DNA from: Tubiluchus corallicola | Taxonomy: Eukaryota > Animalia > Priapulida | Reading direction: 5' to 3' | NCBI GenBank assembly: GCA_030141605.1 | Contig: JAQGDQ010000144.1 | Coordinates: forward strand, 310,001 to 374,000 | Length of the DNA: 64,000 bases | Part shown: positions 26,855 to 38,169 of the stretch, in pieces | Position numbering within the stretch: position 1 is the first letter of the stretch | How the letters are laid out: each line of letters begins with the position of its first letter | The notes under the pieces: model-generated | The model's database searches: none | What the model saw: the letters and a program-made list of their open reading frames with translations, nothing else | Told to the model about the DNA's origin: nothing | Made by a program: the position numbers and the translations under genes

Positions 26855-27085
26855 ACAAATTTTTGCTCCTCGTATTTGTGGAGTATAGTGAGAATATATT
26901 GCAGATTTTGCTACGAATTTCTGTACAGTTTTAACTTGAAAACAATTCCACTCTAAAAATGCCTAGAAAATTTGTCGGTCGTTATCTGCGTAACTTGATT
27001 CGGACGACAAGTTTTCTTGGCAATTCTCGTCTAAAAGTTAAAATAGGCTGATTTTAACAAATAAATACGGGAGCTAAAATCTATG
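26855..27085. repeat. Degenerate inverted repeat (foldback remnant)
   Basis: tttgctcctcgtatttgt pairs with ataaatacgggagctaaaat; inner gaaaatttgtcg pairs with cgacaagttttc. Confidence 0.55.
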
Positions 27086-28940
27086 AGAAAAAAGGCAATG
27101 AACAAACTAAAATGAAATGCACGCATAACATGCTACTGTATTACAGGAAAAAGACCGTCGAAACGCTGCTCCAAAATATTGAATAAATTTTTAATTTTAG
27201 CTTCGCTTGAATTGCTTTAGTCACTGGGAAGAGTAGTAACTGCTGAAGATTACCCAAACGGTCGACTGAATTAGCATAATTGACGCTCATATATTGGCTC
27301 TGAGCAACTTTATGATCGAGTTTTGAGAAATTTTTGTGGAAAGTGCTGCAGCTATTCAGAAGTTACTGCTTTGGGTTTCATCGTAATTTCTCTTAACAGT
27401 TTGCAAGATTTTTCAGCGATTTTTTTCTGACCATTGCAGCAGCGTTTATCTTCGTTATGTTCGCAGCTAGGGTAGGAGGAAAACAATAAATAACTTGATA
27501 TTTCACATTACTTTTTTAATTCATGACGAAGTAACAAGACCTCGAAGTCGTTTCCAATATTTCATGCACATTGTGGACTATTTCTATTTAAATTTGACAG
27601 TTTGCTTGTTTTTCTCGGTCTGAAATATCTCCGCATGTGATTTACACAAATTCAGGTAAGTCTCTGTCAGGAAAAATTCAGTATTCAGGAAAAATAGAAT
27701 TCTGTACAAGACTTGAAGCCCCGCAGAAAATAAGACTATAAGTATGACACTCTAAAGAATTTGCTCTAAAACTATATCTAGTGCACTCGACACAGGTCCA
27801 ATTATGTGTTATAATATTGAATATTGAAACTGCTACAAAAGTGAACAAAAAGACGGTTGTTTGCTCCTTGTATTTTTCGGTTTGTTAATAAAGCGTAATT
27901 GGGAAAGTAAAGGGAAACCAAAACGAATCGTTTGGTTCCTCTCATGTCCAAAATAGTAGTCGAGAAAACAGACACATGTTTATTGTTTACATACAAAACT
28001 GAGAAAGTTCAAATTTAAACCGGCTAGCATGCGATTGTCTATCACTTGAATATGCTTGGTCCAGTACGGTTCGCGTATGAATGAGCAATTGCTCTAATTT
28101 TAACATTTTGACTCCCTGTTTCTGGCATTTAAACTACTGTATCCCAGATTTTTTTTAATCATACCATTGTCTGATTCCCTGCTCCAAGCGTCTAAAATGA
28201 ATCTATGCATTACAGTTTTTGAGTCATTCAATGCTATGACTCGCTGAATAACATAATAATGAATAAAATCGGTGCGTGAGTTCTCTTAGAGATCACTGCT
28301 CGCGGATAAAAAATCCTTAGTTAAAATACTATATTTATTTCATAAGTATTGCCTTGTAGGCGTAAGTAAGTACAGCAACTAAGGTCCCTTTGTCGGATAG
28401 AGAACAGTGACACAGCATTTCGACTGCAGCTTTCAATTGTTTTTTCAAAGAATTTTGGAGCTAACTCAGTTAAGGTTGTCTTGTTTCTAAAATAATAACT
28501 GATTGAAAAATATTTCCATTGGCAATCTGCTGTCTGACTTGTTGAAATGTTAATAATTCGAGCGCAACGCCATTTAATATTAAAATGTGTCTGCGTCTAC
28601 TGAGACAAACCATCATAAAAATAAATAAGCTTATAATTACACGTAACACTTAGATGGTTATTTTACGGACTTTGTCCTCAGCGGACCTCATTAGCAACAT
28701 GAGTTATGAAAAGTCGCGGGAAATAAATCGCATCCCGCGTCACCTATGACACCTGATGCGTTCATTTGGGATTACAACTTTTACCAGGATTAATTTTTAG
28801 TTTTTGTAGTCTGATATTGAGATCAAAAAGGAAAACTGAAAGCATTTTACGGTATTGAACGCTGGATTACTAGCCAAATATATTAAAACTAGCTCAATTG
28901 TTTGTAGCCATTAGTAAAGTAATTAATAACTTTAGTTATT

Positions 28941-29367
28941 AATATTTTACATCCATTTCACAAATTACAAAATAACTCTAAACTCAGTTGACTATTTATA
29001 CTTAATATGTAATCTTTTGGTTTCTGTCCATGCAATACATTTGATGAAACGTTATACAAAATTTTATACAATGAACTGGCATATATATGTCAGTTTTTCT
29101 CAATGACTACTCACATTTACAATATTATAGCTGTATAATTATTAATACTTTATTATTATATTAGTATTATTAATTATACAGTATAATATTGTAAATGTGA
29201 GTCATTAAGAAAAACTGACATTTATACGCCAATTCATTGTATAAAATTTTGTATAATGTTTCTCCAAATGTATTGCATCGATAGAAACCACAAGATTAAA
29301 TATTAGGCATAAGTAGTCAAGTGAGTTTAGAGTTATTTTGTAATTTGTGAAATGGACGTAAAATATT
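28941..29367. repeat. Long palindrome (foldback/MITE), ~205-bp arms with a short AT-rich loop
   Basis: aatattttacatccatttcacaaattacaaaataactctaaactca is the near-exact reverse complement of tgagtttagagttattttgtaatttgtgaaatggacgtaaaatatt; pairing continues to the centre near 29155. Confidence 0.93.
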
Positions 29368-29454
29368 TATGCGCGTTTTGTCTAATCATTGTTCTTTTTA
29401 TCTATGCGAGATATGCATCATTTCAATTTCAGGTTGAATCATGCCTTGATAGTG

Positions 29455-30000
29455 ATCTAGCGCTACCATACAGCGCTGCCAGACTGAATAATAAATAATC
29501 ATCTATCGCTACCATACAACGCTACCAGACTGAATGATAATCATCTAACCTACCATACAGCACTGCCAGACTGAAAGATAATCATCTAACCTACCATATA
29601 ACACCACCACATTGAATGATAATCATCTAACCTACCATACATTCATGGTAGATAGTCATCTAACCTACCAAACATAACACTACAAGACTGAAAGATAATC
29701 ATCTAACCTACCTTACAACACCACCACATTGAATGATAATCATCTAACCTACCATACAACACTACCCGACTGAAAGATAATCATCTAGCGCTACCATACA
29801 GCACAACAAGACTGAATGTTAATCATTTAACATTACCATACAACACTACCAGATTGGATGATAATCGTCTAACGCTACCATACAGCACTACCAGACTGAA
29901 TAATAATTATTTAGCACTACCATACAGCATTACTAGACTGAAAGGTAATCACTTAGCGCTACCAGACTGAAAGATAATCATCTAGCATTACCAGACTGAA
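29455..30000. repeat. ~41-bp minisatellite, about 13 degenerate copies
   Basis: Unit TCATCTAACCTACCATACAGCACTGCCAGACTGAAAGATAA, e.g. 29541-29581. Confidence 0.9.
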
Positions 30001-30116
30001 CGCCAAAGCATTGTTCAACTAGATTTTACATCTTGCACAGACTCTTCAGACTTGTTTTTACACAAATTGCAGTAAAACTTGACAATAAAAATTACTTTGT
30101 ACTATTGTTTTTATAG

Positions 30117-30242
30117 GTAAATGTCCATGTTGGAGATGGAAGAGCACTAGGACTAAGCATACGCGGCGGTTCTGAATTTGGTTTGGGAATCTATATAACT
30201 GGCATTGATAGAGGATCAGTGGCTGAAGAGGCAGGACTAAAG
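30117..30242 (+). CDS. WHRN: Whirlin exon 3: first half of PDZ2
   Basis: tttatag| and aag|gtgagt; 126 nt; VNVHVGDGRALGLSIRGGSEFGLGIYITGIDRGSVAEEAGLK. Confidence 0.94.
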
Positions 30243-30419
30243 GTGAGTCAAGATACAAGGTTTCTAGATTTCGAGATTGCTTGTTTCAAAATCGCCGAAA
30301 GATTTGTGGACACCAGTGTATTCTTGTTATCAGCTGAAAAGTCGTTTGTTAAATTAACTACATTATTTGAAGTGGAATTATGTATTTCATTTTGGATCGA
30401 GAAAATCTACTGTAGGAAA

Positions 30420-31010
30420 CAGAGTTAAAATACTATTATGCAAATCAAATGAAATATCCTACCACTATAGACCTGCAATGTGCTGATAATATTACGTGGA
30501 TAGCAAGAAGCGAAGACGAAATGAAAAAACGTCAAGATCAAAATAGAAGCAAAATTAAAAGAGAACTGGTTCTCATGTTAAATAAAAGCAAAGCAAGAGA
30601 GTACCACATAGAAAGTAATGGGAATGATGTGTGGAGAAAATATAAATGTTTAAGTAGTTTTTTAGCAACAGATGAAGATATATCAAGATATAAGTCTTAG
30701 CACTAGCAACATATTCCAAATTAACAAAAAATTGAAAGCAGGAGGATTAGTTTAAAAACAAAATTAGGAATCTTTGATGCACTTGTAGAAACAGATTTTC
30801 TCTATAACTCAGAATTATGGACAATTAAAGAGCGTCACTAATAACCAAATAGGCGCATTTCAAAGAGGAGACTACAAGAACATTCTAGGAATAAAATGGC
30901 CAGGAAATTATCAAGCCAGGCTCTGTTAAGTGAAGGCAGAAGAATGGACAATGAAGATCAAAAGGAGAAGATGGATAGGTCACGTTCTATGAATACTAGA
31001 TAACAGCGCA
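30420..31010 (+). mobile_element. Decayed non-LTR retrotransposon (RTE-like), RT C-terminal part
   Basis: DLQCADNI (decayed YADD), LNKSK, WRKYKCLSSFLATDEDI, KTKLGIFDALVETDFLYNSELWT, AFQR, ILGIKWP, IKRRRWIGHVL, spread across frameshifts. Confidence 0.85.
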
Positions 31011-32059
31011 TTAATTTACACTGTAAGCCACTAATAGTCGATCAATGGTGAATTAAATAGCAAGACATAATAAACGAAATAGATCATATAACGAAGGTTC
31101 GCTATTGTTTTTCTTTGTTAGAATGAAATATTTACTGCTTCACAAAAATATTAACGATGGCCTGACTGCTATATTTTACGTTAATTAATGTTTATTGCTG
31201 CATTTCCGTATTTACTATGTGTTGTAATAGTATTTAAGCTTACTTAAGCCACAGTTACTTGATACTTAGCAGTGGCACTGTGTCTACATTGATGTTACTC
31301 GGTTAAACATTACAAATAAATACAGGAGGTATCAGTTAATCGCGACTATCAACCTCCTGACAGCTGCTTAAATTGTTAGACACTGTTGACAATAATTATT
31401 ATTAACATGTTGTCATTAAATGCAGCTGTTATGCAAGCGAAATTAACTCATTCGGTTGACAGAATGACAACGCTGTGGCCGTCAAGTACACTATTTGATG
31501 TATTTGCTAATTCATTTATCTTATTCTCTGGACGCATTACAAATGCGCTGCGTCGCACATATCTGCAGAATGGTGCTTTAATCATGCTGCATGAGCGTAA
31601 GTGCTGCTAGAGAATGCCGCAAATGCAAATGGCGGCCAAGTTGGGCCAATACGACTGATTCTAAATTACAGGGTCATTTTGAATAGTACCCTCTTGTAAC
31701 TAAAAAAACAACAACTTGCAAACAGTTATTGAAAAATTCATTTGACAATTAATAAAAAAATCTGACAATGTAGAAACTAGATTTTAGACAGGACTTTAAG
31801 TCCACCAATGTGAATTATGTATTTTTAAGTAAAAGGGAAAATAAAAATGAAAATGCACAAAGTGTCACTACGAACAAGTCTTCTTATGCTTTTTATAATA
31901 GTTTCTGATCAGTCGCGCATTCTTTTCATCTCCTTGGCCTAGACTTGTGTAACGACCTTAAGTGGAAAACTAAAAAGTGGCTACTAAAACGAATAGTATT
32001 ATATCACGTGCATTAGTTTTAGTCAGTTAGGTTGTGATTTGCTTTTGAAAGATGCAAAG

Positions 32060-32650
32060 TTTCTGTTGGAGTACTCTTCTCTCAAAATTCTGGTTGTTGT
32101 TGTTATTTGAAAACTCAACAATATTTCTTCCTAGAATGCCCTCATTATTATCAAGCCAGAGATGCTTTGTACAGTCAATTAAATAACACATTGTTGCTTT
32201 TGAATACCAATATTTTACTTTATATATTGTATAATATCTTGTTTGTATACAATACTTCCAAATTGTATCTTTTTGGAAGTGGCGATTTAATGTTGCTGTT
32301 AACCGTAAAATTTCTAATTACCGTATTCAAAATTACATTAGGAATACTAAACGTTTTAATGTGATCAGAGCTTAGGGTCCTTTTCATGTATTTATGGTAA
32401 ATTTTAAGACAGTTATTGTTATTTTTTTAATTGTTAAATAATTCATTTCTCACAGCTGCTAATTTTGCATGTATATGTTTTTATTTATACGCATTTGCAC
32501 GAATGTATATCTATTTGTATTTATATTACTTTATTTTTTTCTGCACTTCTGCTTGTACATATTTTTGCATTGTGAGGATTCATGTATCACTTTTAAAAAC
32601 TGTCTAATCTGAACCAAATAAGCTATGTTTATACTGAAACGAATAAAAAA
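32060..32650 (+). mobile_element. LINE 3' end remnant (C-terminal CCHC-type region and 3' UTR)
   Basis: TQQYFFLECPHYYQARDALYSQLNN...NILLY and QNYIRNTKRF* match the ET..HFFL.CP.Y...R..L / ..YI..TKRF end of invertebrate LINE ORF2. Confidence 0.7.
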
Positions 32651-33149
32651 CTGCATTCAAAAATTACAGAAACCAGTTCAAGCCACACTATTTTTATAAA
32701 TCCACAAAACTGTCGTACTTTCTATGCGAAGATGTGGCAACATTTACTGAAACTTTTTATTGCTACTGTTCTAGATGGCTCTCTAATGTTCTTTTTATTG
32801 GCTCCTGAATGCCGATAGTTTGCTCGCAGTAACCCGCCTTGCTGTATTGTCACGATTTTATCCTCGCCTAACAGTTTCTTAGAAATCCAGTTTTTCCTCT
32901 GGCTTCTTATTTTTAAACTTATTTACCGTAAAACTACTTTTCTCCTAAATATAACCTCATCTGCTTCAATTACAACTACAGCCTCGTATATTATTCTATA
33001 ACTAACAAGTTAGTTACAAAACTGACATTTTTTCTGAAACTGCGTTATTCAAATTGTAACCCTTTACCTTGACTGACCACCGCCCTTATTTGGTGTGAAT
33101 TGTAAAAAAAGAGCACAACGTAAAACAAACAAACGTGACAAAGTATAGC

Positions 33150-33500
33150 ATGAAACGAAACCTTACAGTGTAACTGTTAACTTATTAACACAACATGACG
33201 AGATGTATGACATGACGTGACGTATAACATCACGTCATGCCATACATCACGTATGACATTACGTGATGCCACATATATGTCACGTCACACGATGACATAC
33301 GCTATGGTACAAGACGGGATGAGGACAGACAGTACAGTACGTAACTGAATGGGACAGAACGGAACGGAACTGGACAGTACAAGCTACAACAACTCCGGAC
33401 GCTATGGTACAGAACGGAACTGAACAACCAGTACGATACGTAATTGAACGAGACAGAATGGACAGGACAAGATAGTATAGGACAGGACAGAACAGGATAA
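33150..33500. repeat. Degenerate 5-bp-period repeat (ACGTG/ACAGG/ACGGA variants)
   Basis: Periodic ac-nnn pattern. Confidence 0.7.
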
Positions 33501-34189
33501 CGAAATAAAAAACTAATTTCATAAATAGGGACGTTTAGGTCTTTCTAAACACTTGTAAGCCTGTAACCTAATCTTCGTGACAGGCAGTTACTAGTATTTC
33601 CAATATTTAATAGTTTATACTGAAGTTTGGTGAACAGCAACTATCAGCTAACACGATGACATAAGCGTCTGTCATCGTCTAGCAAATTGGATGTACAAGT
33701 AGCAATTTGTCTTGTTTATTTTGCCGAGTTGAAGTAGTTTGCACCCTCAAAGGACTCGAATACGTATCTTCGCTGGCAGATTAGTGATCTAATTATCCTT
33801 CTGACTGGGTTTTGTAACGACGGCTTGAGAAATACGATAAGGGGGCTTCATTAGACTGCTAAACCCGTGGAAATAAGGGGATAGACAACGAACAAGTCGG
33901 TTAGTTATGGCGTTTGTATTATTTCGACAAAACCTTACCAGTTACCAACAAAAGTCGTCAGTGAAATGCCCGAAAATTTTTGAACAGGCCTAGATTTTTT
34001 TGGTAGCTTTCTGTCGAGCAAAAATAAAATCTATTATTCGAAATTCTCAACTTATGTTTAATTATCTTACAAAAAGTGTCGACAAAAACTGGATAAGTAT
34101 ATCCATGAACGAGCATCGATCTCTATAGAATTCGCTGCAGAATGAACCAGCTCTATGTCTTACTTGTCAACCACTTAAAACAAAAACGG

Positions 34190-34364
34190 ATTGTATTGTA
34201 TTGTGTTGTATTGCATTGCCTTGCCTTGCCTTGCCTTGCCTTGCCTCGCCTCGCCTCGCCTCGCCTCGCCTCGCCTCGCCTCGCCTCGTCTCGTCTCGTC
34301 TCGTCTCGCCTTGTCTTCTCTGGCCTCGGCTCGCCTTGCATTGTATTGTATTGCATTGCATTGC
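34190..34364. repeat. Compound pentanucleotide microsatellite (ATTGT/CTTGC/CTCGC/CTCGT)
   Basis: Seen directly; explains the LASPR and GEARR ORFs. Confidence 0.93.
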
Positions 34365-34442
34365 TCTTAGTAACCAGACCTTTAAAAGTAAGATATTCAC
34401 AGCATTAATTAAATAGCAGAAATGTAAATTAAAATAGTATGG

Positions 34443-34478
34443 AATAATAACAACAAATCAACAGCAACAACAACAACA

Positions 34479-34509
<31 letters not shown>

Positions 34510-34573
34510 TGATAACAACAACAACAACAACAAAAACAACAACAACAATAGCAGCACCAATACCAACAACAAC
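34443..34573. repeat. Compound (AAC)n/(GAC)n microsatellite
   Basis: Seen directly. Confidence 0.9.
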
Positions 34574-35956
34574 GCAGGCAAGTACTAGTCTCCCATTCTG
34601 GGATGTAAAAATAAATTAAAACAGTACATTGACAAAATCAAAGTTTACACAAAATTAAACGTCATTTTTGTTCGTCGGCGACGAAATTGAAAAAAGAAAA
34701 TTTATATAAACTCCAAGAACTCCCAAGTGAGATCTCCAAACTGAACAGGAACACAGTATGTGACCGGATTAGAGAAATGAGTGCGCATATGGTGGTGACA
34801 GATATTTCACTTGCACGTGCGAGGTTAACACTTGCACTTACTTCTCTATATCCATTCATATGGCTTCAGCTATAAGTTGCTCTATAAAATAAAATCTTTC
34901 CAGTTTGCTTAACCTCAAACAATAAACGTAATCTTTCCGATCATTCTGCGTCAGCAATATTGAGAAAAATCATACAACTGGGTTTACCAAAGTACAATCA
35001 TTCTACTCTGATGATGGTCATTACGGTAACTAGGTAACGACAGCTGCCGCATCTTCTGATTACTCGAGCGCAGGAAATAGGTTAGGATTCAGAAATAGTT
35101 TGAGCTGCAATGATTAGTGTGCAATTGTAAGCTTACTTGCCAGCGATTTTTTGAACACTTTTATGCAGTTTGGCTGCCTGCACTCCGGAATCTAAAACTC
35201 AGAGGTTGTCCTACTTGATGTAGATGGTTGCGACAAGACCGTAATCTAGCTAGTTATCAAGGATAATCTTCCTGTCCTCTGAGATGGCACAGGAATGTGT
35301 ATAGATCTTTCAGTTTTTTTCGAGGAGATAAATATTTATTCATCTTTACTATCTTAGCAGGTAAAAAGTTGACTCTTGGAGGAAGGGTTATAAAGGTACA
35401 TACCCTACATCATTGTGTAGGGTACATCATACTTCCGTGTCCGATTTTTGGCTACCGTGGGATTTTTGTGCCAACGTTAATTTTTTATTGAAAGTTAAGG
35501 GTTGTCAGCTCTTTAATAAAAAAATTAGGTGCCATTTTTTCGAGCACATTAATGGCATTTTGGAGCACCATTTTGAACTGGGGCCAGATCAGAGCTAACT
35601 GTTGACTACATACAAATATCTGAAAATCACAAGAATTTTATGTTGCTGCCTGTAAATCAGCTGTTAGTTTCTTAGTAAGGAATCTAAGAACGAAAGCAGT
35701 TGCTCTAGAAACCCATTTTAGGGCATTTCTTCGGACTCGGAAGTAGGACACGCCCAATATTTAGTGGACAAATCTGAAAATTACTGCAATGGGATATTTT
35801 AGAATGCTGAATGCAAATATGAACTTAGTTTTTCTGTATGTCAGTATCACATAAGAATGCAAGTTGTTTTAGTTAGATTATCAGTTATTTCCGATTTTGC
35901 GCTAACTTATACTAAGGCAACCAGAACTACACAGAACTGTTGCTTTTATTTTTTAG

Positions 35957-36162
35957 ATTGGAGATGAGATAGTGGAAGTTAACTCTCACAGTTTTCGTGA
36001 CGTCACTCACGCGGAGGCGGCCAAGATGCTCAAATTTGCTCGCCACATGATCTTGACTATCAGAGACACTGGCAAGGTACCACACGCAAGGTCTATCTAC
36101 GATGAGACACAATGGATTATGTTGGACAAACGAAAAAACAACCCCAACATTAATTCTAACAG
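35957..36162 (+). CDS. WHRN: Whirlin exon 4: second half of PDZ2 and extension
   Basis: ttttag|; IGDEIVEVNSHSFRDVTHAEAAKMLKFARHMILTIRDTGKVPHARSIYDETQWI; donor ag|gttggt (phase 2); an alternative phase-0 donor after 36166 is possible. Confidence 0.9.
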
Positions 36163-36429
36163 GTTGGTAACATCTGCAGACCAGCGGAGTTACTTTAGAT
36201 AAACTTTGGCAGGCATTCTTTACAATGTGTATTCTATTATTAGATTTTTTCATATTCATTCAGCAACTTATTTCTTGTATGTTTCATTTGTTTATCTTTT
36301 TTCTTTTACCCTTCGTGCAACATTCTCTTTGTGTATTTGTATATTCGTCATTTGTCATTCCTACATAAAGTTCCGTCACTCAGTTGTTTGATTGTTCATT
36401 TATTCTTTAATAGCTTGCTTGATCGTTTA

Positions 36430-36583
36430 GTCATTCAATCATTTATTCGTTCGTTCGTTCATTCATTTGTTTGTTCACTCATTCCTTCGTCCATTCGTTA
36501 ATCCATTCATTCGTTTATTCATTCCCACTTTCTCTCTTTCTTTCTCTCTTTCCTTCCTTCCTTCTTTCTTTCTTTCTTCCTTC

Positions 36584-36616
<33 letters not shown>

Positions 36617-36618
36617 CT
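36430..36618. repeat. Degenerate tetranucleotide tract (TTCA/TTCG/TTCT/TTCC)
   Basis: Seen directly. Confidence 0.85.
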
Positions 36619-37027
36619 GAATAATTCTACTCTATGTTATCAGCGTTATTCATTAGGTCAACTTAATTGTTTGCACTAAAATTGAAAAACTGTGTGTAAC
36701 GCCATAACGTAAATGTAATAGGCTATTATAACTGACCCACTTTCAGCAAGTTACTGGTCAGCGTTAATCTCTTGGTTTAGATAGCTTCTGCGTCAGTAAA
36801 TTAATTGGCAAGTCTGTTGGTGACGGAGAGATCACTAATGCTAAAATCAATTACAGTTTGTGTTAACCGCTCTGGAGATGTTAACGGTGATGACGATAAT
36901 AAAATTATTTATCTCGAGTAATTCACAAACGTTGATTTTACCGCAACGTGTAAGCTGGGACATCAGTCATTCAGTCAGTGATATCATGCATTGATATGCA
37001 GAACCAAAAATTATCTATATTTTGTAG

Positions 37028-37054
37028 CTCTACCTCGCCCCATCAACGATTATG
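37028..37054 (+). CDS. WHRN: Candidate 27-nt frame-preserving microexon of whirlin
   Basis: tttgtag|CTCTACCTCGCCCCATCAACGATTATG|gttaag; phase 2-2, no stop codon (STSPHQRL). Confidence 0.4.
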
Positions 37055-38035
37055 GTTAAGTAGAAAGCCCAAAACCCAAGCTATAATATTTTTGATAATC
37101 TACATAACCTTAATATCCAATTAGCAAAGGGAATCAGTGCTGGCGCATAGAATCTTGCCTTTAAATATTATTTATCATAGAACAACAGTGTTAGTTTATA
37201 TCTGAACACACGTCCAATTCTTTGGAGTGGTTATGATTTATACTTCCCTGCGAAATGAAGCAACGCCGTGCGTTCTTAGTAAATGAATTGTAATACAGCC
37301 TCTGGCTGTTCAGTCATTTGCAGAGGATGTATACAGTACTTATCTAACTCTGTCGATTCAGGGTTTCTCATCTCAAGGGAAAACTAAACCAAGGTAACTC
37401 AGGCAACAATTTGCAGAAACAACCGAAGACAATACTTAAGTGCAAATGGCTTGGCCTAACTACTTGGGTCCTACAAAAATCTGGTGATTCACTCACCCTG
37501 TCCGTCACCCGTTTTCAATTCCAAAAGTATATATATCCAGTTGAGTTGAAATTTTTAGTAGGATTACAAAAAATTTGCAGCAATCCCTTCGTTTTCATTA
37601 ATTGTGTTAATTAATTATAACTGTTTAATTAATAATTTATCAAATCTACTAAATGAAAAATGATGAAGAGCAAAAGTGTATGATACCAATTATCAAAACT
37701 ATCCGTAAAGCCGCATTTAATTTTAAATTGACTTCTGTCCGGGATTTCAGTTTTTATAGGTATATTGCACCTCATTTCGTGCACTTGTGCAGTCAAAGGA
37801 ATAAAATTTAAAGTATTAATGGCCGCGTGCTCGCAGCCATGTTCGCACAATTTGTCTTCTTTCTAATTCAGTTTTACGATCTAAAACTGTTTTATTTCGT
37901 TTCGGATGGACATAAAGTCGCCCGCGTAAATCCTACGCCCGGATTTAATTTGCACTAGCTTCGGGAAAACTCCCGAGTGCTTCCTCCTTGTGTGTGCATT
38001 GCTTTGAGCAAAATCAATTAAATCCTGCTCGTAAT

Positions 38036-38047
38036 TGCGCATGCGCA
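38036..38047. promoter_or_regulatory. Perfect NRF1/EWG palindromic site TGCGCATGCGCA in a CpG-rich patch
   Basis: Exact consensus, 61 nt upstream of exon 5, with cgccc boxes nearby at 37919-37940 and 38054-38058. Confidence 0.5.
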
Positions 38048-38108
38048 CAATGCCGCCCATTCTTTTAGTGTCATTCAACTGATTTTTTTATCGATTTTGA
38101 TTTTTCAG

Positions 38109-38169
38109 TCTAAGAAGTCGGGAGAACTCAAATGGCAGTCAAGAAGCCAATAGTTTACAGCAATCTGAG
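38109..38169 (+). CDS. WHRN: Whirlin exon 5: short linker
   Basis: tttttcag| and gag|gtatgc; 61 nt converts phase 2 to phase 0, exactly as needed between exons 4 and 6; LRSRENSNGSQEANSLQQSE. Confidence 0.75.
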
